A stretch of 64,000 bases of DNA from an uncultured Clostridia bacterium (lineage in GTDB: Bacteria > CAYTYR01 > UBA6262): the NCBI GenBank assembly GCA_964441745.1, contig CAYTYR010000002.1:62001-126000 (forward strand), in the 5' to 3' direction. The position numbers were made by a program, and so were the translations under genes. The notes beneath the pieces were generated by a model. That model had not been told where the DNA came from, did not search any database, and saw only the letters and a list, made by a program, of their open reading frames with translations. Positions 37,337-47,190 of this stretch are shown piece by piece; positions within the stretch are counted from its first letter, which is position 1; each line of letters opens with the position of its first letter.

Positions 37337-39661
37337 ATGAAATTTAAAACAATAAAATTTCTCTTACTGCTGTTTGCCTTAATGAACCTGCCTGGTTTGG
37401 CAGCGGCCGCGGTCATCGACAGTATGGAGGCGGTGGCCAACTGGAACAGCCAGACCGGTGACGGCAGTACGGTCACGGTGAGTACAACGACGGGGCACTC
37501 CAGCCTGGCTTTACAGCTGGATTATTCTTTAGGGGCCAGCGCCTGGGCGCAAGCCTATAAAAATTACCAGTATCTTGATCTTTCCGCTGAATACGCTCTC
37601 CGGTTCCGTTACCGCGGTACCGGCACGGCGGAAGAATTAGTCATGAAAGTCAAGGATGCGGATGATGATATGTTCCAATATTCATTAGGCCAGGTTACCA
37701 ATACTGCGAACTGGACCACGGCGACGATCAATTTAGCTGATTTTACCTGCGAGACCGCGCATTCTACCGGGAATCAGACCATGGATTGGAGCCAGGTGAA
37801 GTCACTGGAATTTGTCATCAACGATCAAGGCGATACTGGCGGCAGCGGCACCGTGGAAATTGACCAGATCGAAAAAATGGTCCAAAGCTCTGCCCAGATC
37901 CTGGTTTTACCGGTAGGCAACCTGCAGAATTTCGAGGCGGATAACAGCACAGTCATCTCCACTAAAACCGTTTTCAATTCCATCCAGGATTTCGAATCTG
38001 CTAATGGTACAACCGGTAGTTATTACTGGAGCGTCTGGAATTCTACGCCTACTTTCAGCGCCGGTACTGTCCACCGCGGCGCCCGGGCCGTAACCATGAA
38101 TGCCAATGGCACGATTGGGATATACCCTGTTACTGCCGGGGCTAATGCGGCTAATGCCGATACCTTTTCTGTCTGGGTCTATGACACCGAAGGAGCCAAT
38201 ACCTGTGAGATGCGGCTCACTGATACCAATGGCGGCACCAAGACAGTCTGGTCCAGTAATGCCGCCGTGCAGAACCAGTGGACTGAACTGACCTGGCCGG
38301 CCGGCAGTTTCACCGGTGTGGACCTGGGTAATATCAATGATGTCCAGTTGTATGAAGCCAATAACGGCACCTATTATTTTGACGACGTCGGTTTTTACCG
38401 CCAGGAACAGAAAGAAAGCGTCGCTGATTATGCCTGGAGCATTTATCTTTCTACGCCTACCTTGGAAACCGGTACCATTCATACCGGGACACGTGCCCTC
38501 AAGGCTAACGCCGGCGGTACAGTTGGTGTCAACATCGTTAATTACACCAGCGCCGGCATCAATATTGCCGCACGCCAGAACCTTTATTTATATGTTTATG
38601 ATACAGTCGGTAACAACAGCGTAGAATTAAGGCTGACTGATATTAATGGCGGCGCTAAGGCTCTCTGGTCCAATGGTACCGCTACCCAGAATGAGTGGTC
38701 TTTTATTACCTGGAACTTGAGCGATTTTGCCAGCTCAGTAGACTTAACCAAGATTAAAAATATCCAATTGTATGAATATAATCCCGGCACGTATTATTTC
38801 GATGATATCGGAGTAGAGAGCAGTTTAACCGTAGCTCTGAACAGTAATGGCTATATTGATGAAATGGAAACAGCAGCAGACGAGTCGAGCTGGTCAGCCA
38901 GCGGCGCCAGCAGTACCAACACTGCTTTGCATACAGTCACTGGAGCTGTCGGCCACGCTATCCAGCTTGATTACAATCTGGCCCAGGGCGCTTGGGTGCT
39001 CCTGTCCCGGAAATTCTCCCTCACTTTGATCGACGGTAACCAGTGTAAATTCTGGCTCAAACAGACTGGTGACAAAAATTATATCGAAGTGAAATTGAAA
39101 GATTCAGACGGTACGGTATTTTATCACAAACGCACCTACGATACTTTCAATAGCTGGATGGAGATAGTCATTCCCTACAAGAATTTTATCTGGTTTGAAA
39201 GCGGGACTGATGAAAACCTGAACCTCAGCGAGATCACCTCTATCTATTTTACGATATCCAAAAAAGACGGGACTACCGGCACGGTCCTGGTGGACGAATT
39301 GCAGTATGAACAAAAGCCAGCCATTACCCAGAATTTAGGCGAAGACAAAGTGTTACAGCAGTTAATAGTCACAGGCAATCCTTTCTCGCCCAGCGGCGAA
39401 GGCGGCAAAAATACCGTCAAGCTCAATATGCTCCTGACTGAACCGGCGTCTATCCGCCTGCGTGTCTATAACCTGGCCGGTGATGTGCTTTATGAAAAAG
39501 AACAGGATTTCACTGCCGGCAGCCAACAGGTGAACTGGGATGGCCGGGACAGCAATGGGGAAGTGCAACGCAGCGGACTTTATTTCTATCATCTTAAAGT
39601 GACCGGCCATACCAGCAGTAAAGAAGAGACTTTCAAACACATCATCGGGATAGCGAAGTGA
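37337..39661 (+). CDS. Secreted multi-CBM (CBM11-like) protein with T9SS-type/FlgD-Ig C-terminal domain
   Basis: Signal peptide; galactose-binding-like repeats; NPFSP...VYNLAG...WDGRD..G....SGLY.Y. Confidence 0.7.
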   Translation: MKFKTIKFLLLLFALMNLPGLAAAAVIDSMEAVANWNSQTGDGSTVTVSTTTGHSSLALQLDYSLGASAWAQAYKNYQYLDLSAEYALRFRYRGTGTAEELVMKVKDADDDMFQYSLGQVTNTANWTTATINLADFTCETAHSTGNQTMDWSQVKSLEFVINDQGDTGGSGTVEIDQIEKMVQSSAQILVLPVGNLQNFEADNSTVISTKTVFNSIQDFESANGTTGSYYWSVWNSTPTFSAGTVHRGARAVTMNANGTIGIYPVTAGANAANADTFSVWVYDTEGANTCEMRLTDTNGGTKTVWSSNAAVQNQWTELTWPAGSFTGVDLGNINDVQLYEANNGTYYFDDVGFYRQEQKESVADYAWSIYLSTPTLETGTIHTGTRALKANAGGTVGVNIVNYTSAGINIAARQNLYLYVYDTVGNNSVELRLTDINGGAKALWSNGTATQNEWSFITWNLSDFASSVDLTKIKNIQLYEYNPGTYYFDDIGVESSLTVALNSNGYIDEMETAADESSWSASGASSTNTALHTVTGAVGHAIQLDYNLAQGAWVLLSRKFSLTLIDGNQCKFWLKQTGDKNYIEVKLKDSDGTVFYHKRTYDTFNSWMEIVIPYKNFIWFESGTDENLNLSEITSIYFTISKKDGTTGTVLVDELQYEQKPAITQNLGEDKVLQQLIVTGNPFSPSGEGGKNTVKLNMLLTEPASIRLRVYNLAGDVLYEKEQDFTAGSQQVNWDGRDSNGEVQRSGLYFYHLKVTGHTSSKEETFKHIIGIAK

Positions 39662-39722
39662 TTACCCGCCAAAGAGCGCCGGCGGGCGCAGCACAGATTA
39701 CGAAGAGAGATTACACAGATTT
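39660..39722 (+). repeat. Family D repeat arm with 27 bp mini-insertion
   Basis: GATTAC[27 bp]ACAGATT...GATTACACAGATT. Confidence 0.75.
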
Positions 39723-39735
39723 CAAAGAGGTAAAA

Positions 39736-40596
39736 ATGAAAAAAGCACTGCTTTTGTTATTTTTATTACTGCTGACCGCTGTCCTCTGTCCGCTGACCGC
39801 TGTAAATGCCGGGATGTTCGAACCGCTCGGCCTGGGCGCGCGGCCGCTGGCTATGGGCAAGTCTTTCACCGCCCTGGCCAATGATGCTTCCTGTATTTAC
39901 TGGAATCCGGCTGGCTTGACCCAGTTGGATAAAGATGAGATTATCACCATGTACAGCGACCTGTACAATATGGGGCTTATTTCTTACCAGGGAGTGTGTT
40001 ACGCTCATCCCGGCATTGGCGGCGGGGCCATTGGTTTTGGCTATACCCGGCTGGCTACTTCAGAAAAAGTGGATTTTCTTGATTTTCAGGAAAGCACTTT
40101 TATGTTTTCGTATGCCCTGAGTCTGCTGAGATATACCTCGGTCGGAATAAATTTAAAATACTACCTGGCTGATTTTGAAACCAGCGGCACCGGCGCTGGC
40201 ATCGATGCCGGTATCCTGTTCAACTATAACAATATTGTGTCAGTAGGATTTACTGCCCAGGACCTTAATGAACCAGAAGTACAGTTCCAGAGCGGCGGCG
40301 CAGATAAATTACCCATGAACTTGAAAGCCGGCCTGGCCATAGCGCCGATCCAGGACCTGGTAGTCGCTTTAGATATGGATAATATCAATGAAGATGCCAA
40401 ATTACACTTAGGAGCCGAGTACTGGCTGGGCAAGCATTTTGCCGTGCGGGCAGGCGGTATCAACCAGTACGAAAGCAACTGGACCTATTCCGGCGGCCTG
40501 GGTATTGTTTATAAAGCTATCAAGCTGGATTATGCCTACCAACGGCATTTTGACCTGGAAGATACGCATTTTGTATCCCTGGGATTTGTATTCTAA
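39736..40596 (+). CDS. PorV/PorQ-family outer-membrane beta-barrel
   Basis: GARPLAMG..FTALANDAS.IYWNPAG; terminal THFVSLGFVF; start moved to ATG after GAGG. Confidence 0.82.
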   Translation: MKKALLLLFLLLLTAVLCPLTAVNAGMFEPLGLGARPLAMGKSFTALANDASCIYWNPAGLTQLDKDEIITMYSDLYNMGLISYQGVCYAHPGIGGGAIGFGYTRLATSEKVDFLDFQESTFMFSYALSLLRYTSVGINLKYYLADFETSGTGAGIDAGILFNYNNIVSVGFTAQDLNEPEVQFQSGGADKLPMNLKAGLAIAPIQDLVVALDMDNINEDAKLHLGAEYWLGKHFAVRAGGINQYESNWTYSGGLGIVYKAIKLDYAYQRHFDLEDTHFVSLGFVF

Positions 40597-40700
40597 GGTG
40601 AAGGTTGTAGAAGTAGGTATGGAAGTAGGAAGTAAGTCTTAGAGCTTTAAGCCCAACTTCCTCAGACCTTAGACCATACTTACTTCCAAAACTTACACCT
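40596..40700 (+). repeat. Family A hairpin repeat, empty copy 9
   Basis: AGGTGAAGGTTGTAGAAGTAGG...CTTACTTCCAAAACTTACACCT. Confidence 0.9.
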
Positions 40701-40737
40701 GATAACTGCTTTTAGATTATACTTAAAGGATGGGAAA

Positions 40738-42753
40738 ATGACCAAACACACTAAGCTGATCTATTTTACACTGGCAATGCTAATACTACCAGGACCATTG
40801 CTGGCGGAACTTAATCCCAAGACTATCGATGATTTTGAACGGCCTAACCAGGGAACAGTGTACCGCGTAGAAACGCAAGATGAATCCACCCTCACCATCA
40901 GTTCTACCCATCGGGCCAAAGTGGGTATCAATGCCCTCCAACTGGAATACAACCTCAAGACTAGCCGGGCCAATGGTTCTACCGTCCTGGTGCGCTGTGA
41001 ACCAGAGCTTAACGATTGGCGCAAATATGACCAGCTCTGGATCTGGGTCAAAGGCGATGGCAGCGGCAATATTTTTAGTATTTTCTTTACCGACGGCAGC
41101 GATCAGGTCTGGGAATACCAGGACCGCAATATTCTCTTAAGCCAGAAGTGGCAGCTCTTGAAAGTTGATTTTAATGAATTTACCTTAGCTGCCAAAGGCG
41201 ATGCTAATAACCGCGAAATGAAAAAAAACGATATTAAAGATTATGGCTTTGGTATTATCGGCCGGACTCCGGATTCTTCCAGCGGCCTTATTGCCCTGGA
41301 TGAATTTGCCGGAGCAGGAGAAGGGATCACTGCTACCAGGGTGAGGCCGGAAATGCCGAAAGTGGAAATGACCTATGGCTTCACTGGTGAATCCAATTGG
41401 CGGCGCACTCCGGAAAATGGCGAAGAAATGTACCATAGTTTTAATTTCAAGATCAACGGCAATATTGGCGATTTCAGCGCATTAGCTGAGATCAGCCCGG
41501 TATTCCAGGAATTCGGCGAATCTGCCGCTGCTGACCGGTTGGACAACCGCAGTGGTACCTGGACACCGACCGGCGCTACCTCCTCCCAGTTTATGAGAGT
41601 GGAAATACCGAATTTCCAGATGGTTGCGAGGAATATGGGATTTCTGGACTCAGTCCAGATAGGCAACCAGTGGCTCGATTACAGTAAATACACCTATGCC
41701 CCGGAATGGGGCTACAAGGGTATCTCGGTTGACAGCGCCGGCAAGGGCTATGGTTACAATGTCTTTTACCTGAAACACCGCTATGGTTCTTACACCTCCG
41801 GGACCAGGATAGATTATGATCTCTGGGGATTCAAAAACCGGGGTATTGCGGTCTATAGCTACGATTCAGCCAAAATAAATACCGATGTGTCTGCTACTGC
41901 TATTGATTCCAGTCCCACCGACCTGCAGGAAGAAAAGATTGGCCAGGATCTTGTCCTGACCTATGAAGTCACCAGGGAACTATGGAAAAAATTTATCCTG
42001 CGCGGCCGGATCGGCGCGGATCTGTACAAGGCTCTCGCCGAAGTCGACCGGACCGATCCTTACAATCCAATCTACCTCCGGGCCAAAGATTCACCGCTCT
42101 CGGAGCAAGGAAATTTATGGACCGGCGGAGTGGATCTTAACGGTCTCTGGAAAGGGTCTAATATCAATTTTGAATATCGCCATGTTTATGAAAAATTCCT
42201 GCCGCGGTGGCGTTTTGACCGCATTAATTTCGATAACGACAATGGTAACCAGGAAAGCTACAATGTCAATGCCAGCCAGGAACTGTTTGATTTTATCATC
42301 TCGGGTGGATACGTGGACCTGCAACGGCTGGCTAATCCTGAATATTACCGCTATTCCAGCCGCTGGGAGATCGGGCATAGGGGTTTTGAAGGGATAGAGA
42401 TATATTTCGGCAAAGAATATTTGAATGATTATAACTACCATACTGATAGCCGGTATGGTTTTAGTACCTACCGCAATTATAAGGTTACGATCACCAATCT
42501 CTATCTGACCAGCCATCTCTCTAAAAATACCAATATCTATACTAAATACAGCCAGTGGAACGGCTGGGACCGCGGCTTGGAAGAAACCATCAATAACCAT
42601 TCCCTGTCTTGGCGCGGCGAACATTATTTCCTGAAAAATATAGTCTTAACCATGGAATATACGCACACCCAATACTCGCATCCAGGCGACGAACCTACCG
42701 GCACACCTTATGATGACAACCGGACCCTGGCCACATTGAAAATGTATTTCTAG
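40738..42753 (+). CDS. N-terminal CBM11-like domain fused to a probable outer-membrane beta-barrel
   Basis: DW..YD.L.IWVKGDGSGN motif; aromatic-rich strands; C-terminal LKMYF. Confidence 0.55.
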   Translation: MTKHTKLIYFTLAMLILPGPLLAELNPKTIDDFERPNQGTVYRVETQDESTLTISSTHRAKVGINALQLEYNLKTSRANGSTVLVRCEPELNDWRKYDQLWIWVKGDGSGNIFSIFFTDGSDQVWEYQDRNILLSQKWQLLKVDFNEFTLAAKGDANNREMKKNDIKDYGFGIIGRTPDSSSGLIALDEFAGAGEGITATRVRPEMPKVEMTYGFTGESNWRRTPENGEEMYHSFNFKINGNIGDFSALAEISPVFQEFGESAAADRLDNRSGTWTPTGATSSQFMRVEIPNFQMVARNMGFLDSVQIGNQWLDYSKYTYAPEWGYKGISVDSAGKGYGYNVFYLKHRYGSYTSGTRIDYDLWGFKNRGIAVYSYDSAKINTDVSATAIDSSPTDLQEEKIGQDLVLTYEVTRELWKKFILRGRIGADLYKALAEVDRTDPYNPIYLRAKDSPLSEQGNLWTGGVDLNGLWKGSNINFEYRHVYEKFLPRWRFDRINFDNDNGNQESYNVNASQELFDFIISGGYVDLQRLANPEYYRYSSRWEIGHRGFEGIEIYFGKEYLNDYNYHTDSRYGFSTYRNYKVTITNLYLTSHLSKNTNIYTKYSQWNGWDRGLEETINNHSLSWRGEHYFLKNIVLTMEYTHTQYSHPGDEPTGTPYDDNRTLATLKMYF

Positions 42754-42759
42754 GCAAAG

Positions 42760-42817
42760 ACAGATTACACCGATTTTTAAAAGATCCGCCAGAGGCGGAC
42801 AGGGATTACACAGATTA
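42760..42817 (+). repeat. Family D repeat arm with TCCGCCAGAGGCGGA mini-hairpin
   Basis: ACAGATTACACCGATT...GGATTACACAGATT. Confidence 0.7.
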
Positions 42818-42834
42818 AAGCATAAGGAGGATGT

Positions 42835-44676
42835 ATGAGAAGAAAATTAATTGTGTTAATTTTATTTATTTTATGCGGGGGATTGCTTTTGCCGCTTGGA
42901 TTGTGGGCTTTAACGTCTAACAAAGATATCACTGTTGATGACAATACCGGTGATTCGCCGCAAATTATCATGCTGGACCAGGATGAAAAAACCCTAACCC
43001 TGCAAAAACTTGATACCGGGGAAGGAAATATTATCAATAACGAAGGGGTGATCAATATCCAGCCTTCTACTGATACAGTTCATTATCTATCCCTGTCCAC
43101 GGCGAGTAACCTGACGGGAATCTATTGGAAGGGCCACTATACCAATGATCCGGCGATCCGTATCAACAGTTCCGGTGAACTGGAATATCGCGATGAGGAT
43201 GAGGCGACCTGGACCACCTTGGACAGCTTGGCTGGCGGTGGCAGTGGCTCCGGCGATGTAACGGGGCCGGGTTCTTCTTCAGACACCGCGATTGTCAGAT
43301 TTGACGGTACCACTGGAAAGATCCTGCAGGATTCGGGCGTGGTCATTAGCGACGCGCGCGAGCTTATGGGTGTGGCAAAGATAGGATTCGCTTATACTTC
43401 TACCAGTGTAGCCTTGGCCCAAATCTATCAGCCTTCTGATGATTATGTTTTGCGCACTACAGCGAACAAACTCGATCGTGATGTGCAAAATAGTTATTTC
43501 AAAATTGTAGCCGGGACTGAAAATTCCCAGGATGCCAGCCTGGAACTGTATGGCAGTACTGCTGCCGGCAATGAAGCCAGAGCCAGAATTATTTTGCCTC
43601 CGGTAACCAGTGCCAAAGGATTTGATATTATCCAGGGCGGCGGCAGTTGGCCGACCTTGATGAGTATCGCGTCTACTGGTGAAGCGGTATTTAATAATAT
43701 GACTACAGGTAATATCGCCACATTCCACAATACAGTCCAGAACCGAACCACTAACATTGACCAATGGGGCAATTTGAACATAGATACTGCTGCGTCTCTT
43801 TATGCAACCAAAATACGGATACTGGGTGGAACTTCTCCTGACAAATACACCATTTTCCAGGGTGGGACCCAAGCAGGCGATGTTACCTACACTTTGCCGG
43901 TGGATGATGGTGGTGTTGGCCAGGTACTGAGATCAGATGGCAGCGGTGTTTTGAGCTGGATCGATAATTATAATCCCGGCGGGACAGATGTCGCTGTCGC
44001 CGACGGCGGCACCGGCACCAGTAATGGCTCGATCACTGGGACTGGAGATTTGACGTTTACTACCGGAGCAGTAGATAATAAGATTTATTTTGCGACTAAG
44101 GGTTCAACTGCCTTTCCTGGAGCCCACTCTGCTTATGTAAATGAATACGGAGATTTTTATACTGATTCTGGCGCAGCTCTTTATACTAATACTATTAAAT
44201 CCCAAGCTTCAGGTAATGACCTAACAATTGATACTACGGGAACAGGAGACTTGGCCTTACAGGTAACTGCGTCTGGTGGCGTGGGCATTGGTACTAATAC
44301 TCCGGGAGTAAAGTTTGATATCGTAGGAGGTAGTGGACGTGTGGAAACCGGGCAGAATTGGTTGACGAATTCAGATGCCCGATATAAAACCAATATAACC
44401 ACTCTTGAAGGAGCCCTGCCTAAAATATTATCATTACGCGGTGTTAGATATGACATGAAAACAGAAAAGAATATTATTCCAGGTAAAGGCAAGCAAATTG
44501 GTTTTATTGCCCAAGAGCTGGAGCAACAGTTTCCGGAATTCGTAGTTACAGACAATAAAGGCTATAAAGCAGTGGCATATGATAAACTTACAGCTATTTT
44601 AGTAAATGCTATAAAAGAACAACAAGCCCAGATCGAAGATCTGAAGAAACAAGTAGCTGAATTGTCGAAAAAATAA
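42835..44676 (+). CDS. Signal-peptide-bearing tail-fibre-like protein with C-terminal peptidase S74 intramolecular chaperone
   Basis: GDVTGP.SS.D.AI.RFDGTTGK; NSDARYKTNI...GFIAQELE..FPE.V...V.YDKL..IL.NAIKEQQ.QIE.L. Confidence 0.8.
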   Translation: MRRKLIVLILFILCGGLLLPLGLWALTSNKDITVDDNTGDSPQIIMLDQDEKTLTLQKLDTGEGNIINNEGVINIQPSTDTVHYLSLSTASNLTGIYWKGHYTNDPAIRINSSGELEYRDEDEATWTTLDSLAGGGSGSGDVTGPGSSSDTAIVRFDGTTGKILQDSGVVISDARELMGVAKIGFAYTSTSVALAQIYQPSDDYVLRTTANKLDRDVQNSYFKIVAGTENSQDASLELYGSTAAGNEARARIILPPVTSAKGFDIIQGGGSWPTLMSIASTGEAVFNNMTTGNIATFHNTVQNRTTNIDQWGNLNIDTAASLYATKIRILGGTSPDKYTIFQGGTQAGDVTYTLPVDDGGVGQVLRSDGSGVLSWIDNYNPGGTDVAVADGGTGTSNGSITGTGDLTFTTGAVDNKIYFATKGSTAFPGAHSAYVNEYGDFYTDSGAALYTNTIKSQASGNDLTIDTTGTGDLALQVTASGGVGIGTNTPGVKFDIVGGSGRVETGQNWLTNSDARYKTNITTLEGALPKILSLRGVRYDMKTEKNIIPGKGKQIGFIAQELEQQFPEFVVTDNKGYKAVAYDKLTAILVNAIKEQQAQIEDLKKQVAELSKK

Positions 44677-44688
44677 GTGGAGCTATTA

Positions 44689-46467
44689 ATGAAGTTCTTT
44701 AATTTAAAACTGGTTGTGCTCCTGTCTATTCTATCAACTATCAACTATCAACCATCAACTGTCTCCGCCAGTGTGACTCTTGACTCTGGTGAAACAGTTA
44801 TCCTGGCGTTGAGTGAGGAAATAAATATTTCCGGTAGTTTGACTATTGCCAACACTGCTACGCTGGATACCTCAGCCGGCGACATCGGCATCACCTTGAG
44901 CGGCAGTTGGCTCAACTCCGGCGCCTATCTCCCGGGCACGACGGATATTACTTTTACCGGGACGGGAAATTCAGCGATCACCGGGAGTAACACCTTTTGT
45001 AACTTTACCTGTACTGCGCCTGGCAAACAATTCACTTTTGAATCCGGCAAAGAACAAATTATCACCGGCAAGCTTACTTTAGCCGGCTCCGCCGCCAATA
45101 AGATCCTTTTACGCGCCTTAACTGCCGGGTCCCGCTGGTCTTTCCAGATGCAAAATAATACCCAGCAGATCGATTATGTGGATGTCCAAGACAGTAATGC
45201 GCCAGCCAAGATCATTAATTGTTATCATTCTCTTGATTCCGGCAACAATACCGGTGAATGGGAATTTGTTTCCCTGACTATTGACGATCCTGTCTCCGGA
45301 GCCACGGTTAATACTACCCCGGCCGTTTTCGGCAAAGCCGGCGCGAATGCCACAGTCAGCCTCAAAGACCAAGCTGGCCTAAAAGTAGCCACTGCTGGGG
45401 CAGATAGTTCTGGCAATTACTTTACTTTTGTTTCTACTCCCATCTCTGCCGGCGCCAACACCCTGACCGCGTATGTAGATACCATTCAGGGGCAATCTAT
45501 TGATCTGACCGTCACTACCGCGCTGGCCGGGGGGCAGGTCCCGGAGATCCTTTCCCTGGCTACGGGTGACACCATTAGAGGAACGGTGCCAGATATTTCC
45601 GGTAAAAGCACTCCTGGGGCTTCAGTTAATCTTTTAAAAGTAACAGCCTTGCTTACAGCATCCCTGGTTCCCAGTTTCAGTGATGCTGAATATAGATATG
45701 ACCTGATCGCGGCGGCGATAGCTGATGCCAATGGCAATTTTACTTTTGCCGCGGCTGTTTATCAAGATTATCTTATCCCCGGTGTCAATAATTTCATGGT
45801 TACGGCCAATGGCGCCCGTTCCAGTATCCTGGCGGTCAAGGTTGCCACTCCCTTAGGCATAGTTTTTGATGCTAAGACCAATCATGCCCTGTCTGGGGCG
45901 AGTGTTTCTTTATATCGGTCAAATGGCACCTTGGCTCAGCCTGGGGTTGATCTCCCGGCGGCTGACACTAATCCGCAGACAGTCGCTGCCGATGGCTCAT
46001 ATGGTTTTGTTTGCAACAGCGGGGATTATTATTGCACTGTCAGTTATTCAACATATCGCTACCCGTCAATCCGGAGTATCTTTGATGCTTCCAGAAAGAT
46101 CATCATTGGTTCCAAAATGGATACCTTTACAGTCGGCAGCCGTATTTTCCAGATGGACCTGCCGCTTGATCCAAGTGAAGCCTTCTTCTGCTATCCCAAT
46201 CCATTCAATCCCAATCAACAAGACCTGGCTATTCAATACTATTTGGAAAATGACGCTAATGTCTCTATCGCTATCTATAATCTGGCTGGGGAAATGGTCA
46301 GGAGCTGGGAGATACCAGCCGGCGGGCAATATGCCCAGGCCGGGATGAACCGGATTTACTGGAATGGCCGTAACGATGCCGATGCCAAATCAGCCTCTGG
46401 AATCTACTTTATTTTAGTGAATTGCGGCGGGTCTAAAAAGACCTTTAAAGTGGCCTTGGTCAAATAA
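44689..46467 (+). CDS. Secreted Ig-like repeat protein with T9SS-type/FlgD-Ig C-terminal domain
   Basis: CYPNPFNP...IYNLAGEMVR...WNGRND....ASGIY...FKVALVK; start moved to ATG after GGAG. Confidence 0.7.
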   Translation: MKFFNLKLVVLLSILSTINYQPSTVSASVTLDSGETVILALSEEINISGSLTIANTATLDTSAGDIGITLSGSWLNSGAYLPGTTDITFTGTGNSAITGSNTFCNFTCTAPGKQFTFESGKEQIITGKLTLAGSAANKILLRALTAGSRWSFQMQNNTQQIDYVDVQDSNAPAKIINCYHSLDSGNNTGEWEFVSLTIDDPVSGATVNTTPAVFGKAGANATVSLKDQAGLKVATAGADSSGNYFTFVSTPISAGANTLTAYVDTIQGQSIDLTVTTALAGGQVPEILSLATGDTIRGTVPDISGKSTPGASVNLLKVTALLTASLVPSFSDAEYRYDLIAAAIADANGNFTFAAAVYQDYLIPGVNNFMVTANGARSSILAVKVATPLGIVFDAKTNHALSGASVSLYRSNGTLAQPGVDLPAADTNPQTVAADGSYGFVCNSGDYYCTVSYSTYRYPSIRSIFDASRKIIIGSKMDTFTVGSRIFQMDLPLDPSEAFFCYPNPFNPNQQDLAIQYYLENDANVSIAIYNLAGEMVRSWEIPAGGQYAQAGMNRIYWNGRNDADAKSASGIYFILVNCGGSKKTFKVALVK

Positions 46468-46491
46468 TCAGGTATTTTGCGAAAAAACCCC

Positions 46492-46520
46492 TTGACAGAA
46501 CATGCAATATAATGTATATT
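46492..46520 (+). promoter_or_regulatory. Putative sigma70 promoter of the AbiE module
   Basis: TTGACA-17-TATATT. Confidence 0.6.
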
Positions 46521-46557
46521 TATTTCAGAAACTCCTAATTTAATAGGATAAGCTGAA

Positions 46558-47190
46558 ATGAATTACTTAGTATTAATAAAAAATCTACAAAAACGTAAAT
46601 ATTTCCTTTTTTCACTGCAGGATTTGATCGTTCTTTTCCCAAATGCCGGTAAAAAGACGCTTCAAAACCAACTTACAGCCTGGGTTGGCAAAGGCTATAT
46701 CAGGCATCTCAAACAAAATCTATATGAATTAATAGACAAAGGAGATCCGGATCAGGTAATTCCTGATCTCTATATCGCTAATAGGCTTTATTCGCCTTCA
46801 TACGTTTCTTTGGAGACCGCTCTTTCTATTTACAATATTATCCCGGAAGTTGCTTTTGGTGTAACCGCGGTAACGACCAAGCCTACCCGTGTTTTCAAAA
46901 ACCAGTACGGTCAATTTAGATATTTTTCTTGTCAGCCAAACGCCTATATCGGATATGTCATAAAAGAATATTCCGGGTATAAAGTTTTTATGGCGGAACC
47001 AGAGAAAGCGATCATTGATTTCCTGTACTTTCGGTTCAGGGGAAATGATCTTCCCAATTTTGCCGCTGAAAGAATGAATATTGCCTTACTCCAGAAATTA
47101 GATTGGCGCAAAATTTCCAAATATTGCGGGTTATATAATAAACGAATGCGTAAACATGTCCGGAAGCTAAAGGAGTACGCAGGATGCTGA
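46558..47190 (+). CDS. Type IV TA antitoxin, AbiEi family
   Basis: N-terminal wHTH; PSYVSLETALS.Y.IIPE and A.PEKA.ID motifs. Confidence 0.85.
   Translation: MNYLVLIKNLQKRKYFLFSLQDLIVLFPNAGKKTLQNQLTAWVGKGYIRHLKQNLYELIDKGDPDQVIPDLYIANRLYSPSYVSLETALSIYNIIPEVAFGVTAVTTKPTRVFKNQYGQFRYFSCQPNAYIGYVIKEYSGYKVFMAEPEKAIIDFLYFRFRGNDLPNFAAERMNIALLQKLDWRKISKYCGLYNKRMRKHVRKLKEYAGC

Noticed and set aside
39658-39735. 5' extensions given by the ORF track (also 24727-24801, 49042-49095, 14286-14297)
   Set aside because: They run through repeats or upstream genes. Downstream ATGs fit better with an RBS, a signal peptide or the conserved family N-terminus.
42835-44676. Prophage
   Set aside because: Single fibre-like gene with a signal peptide and no other phage genes.
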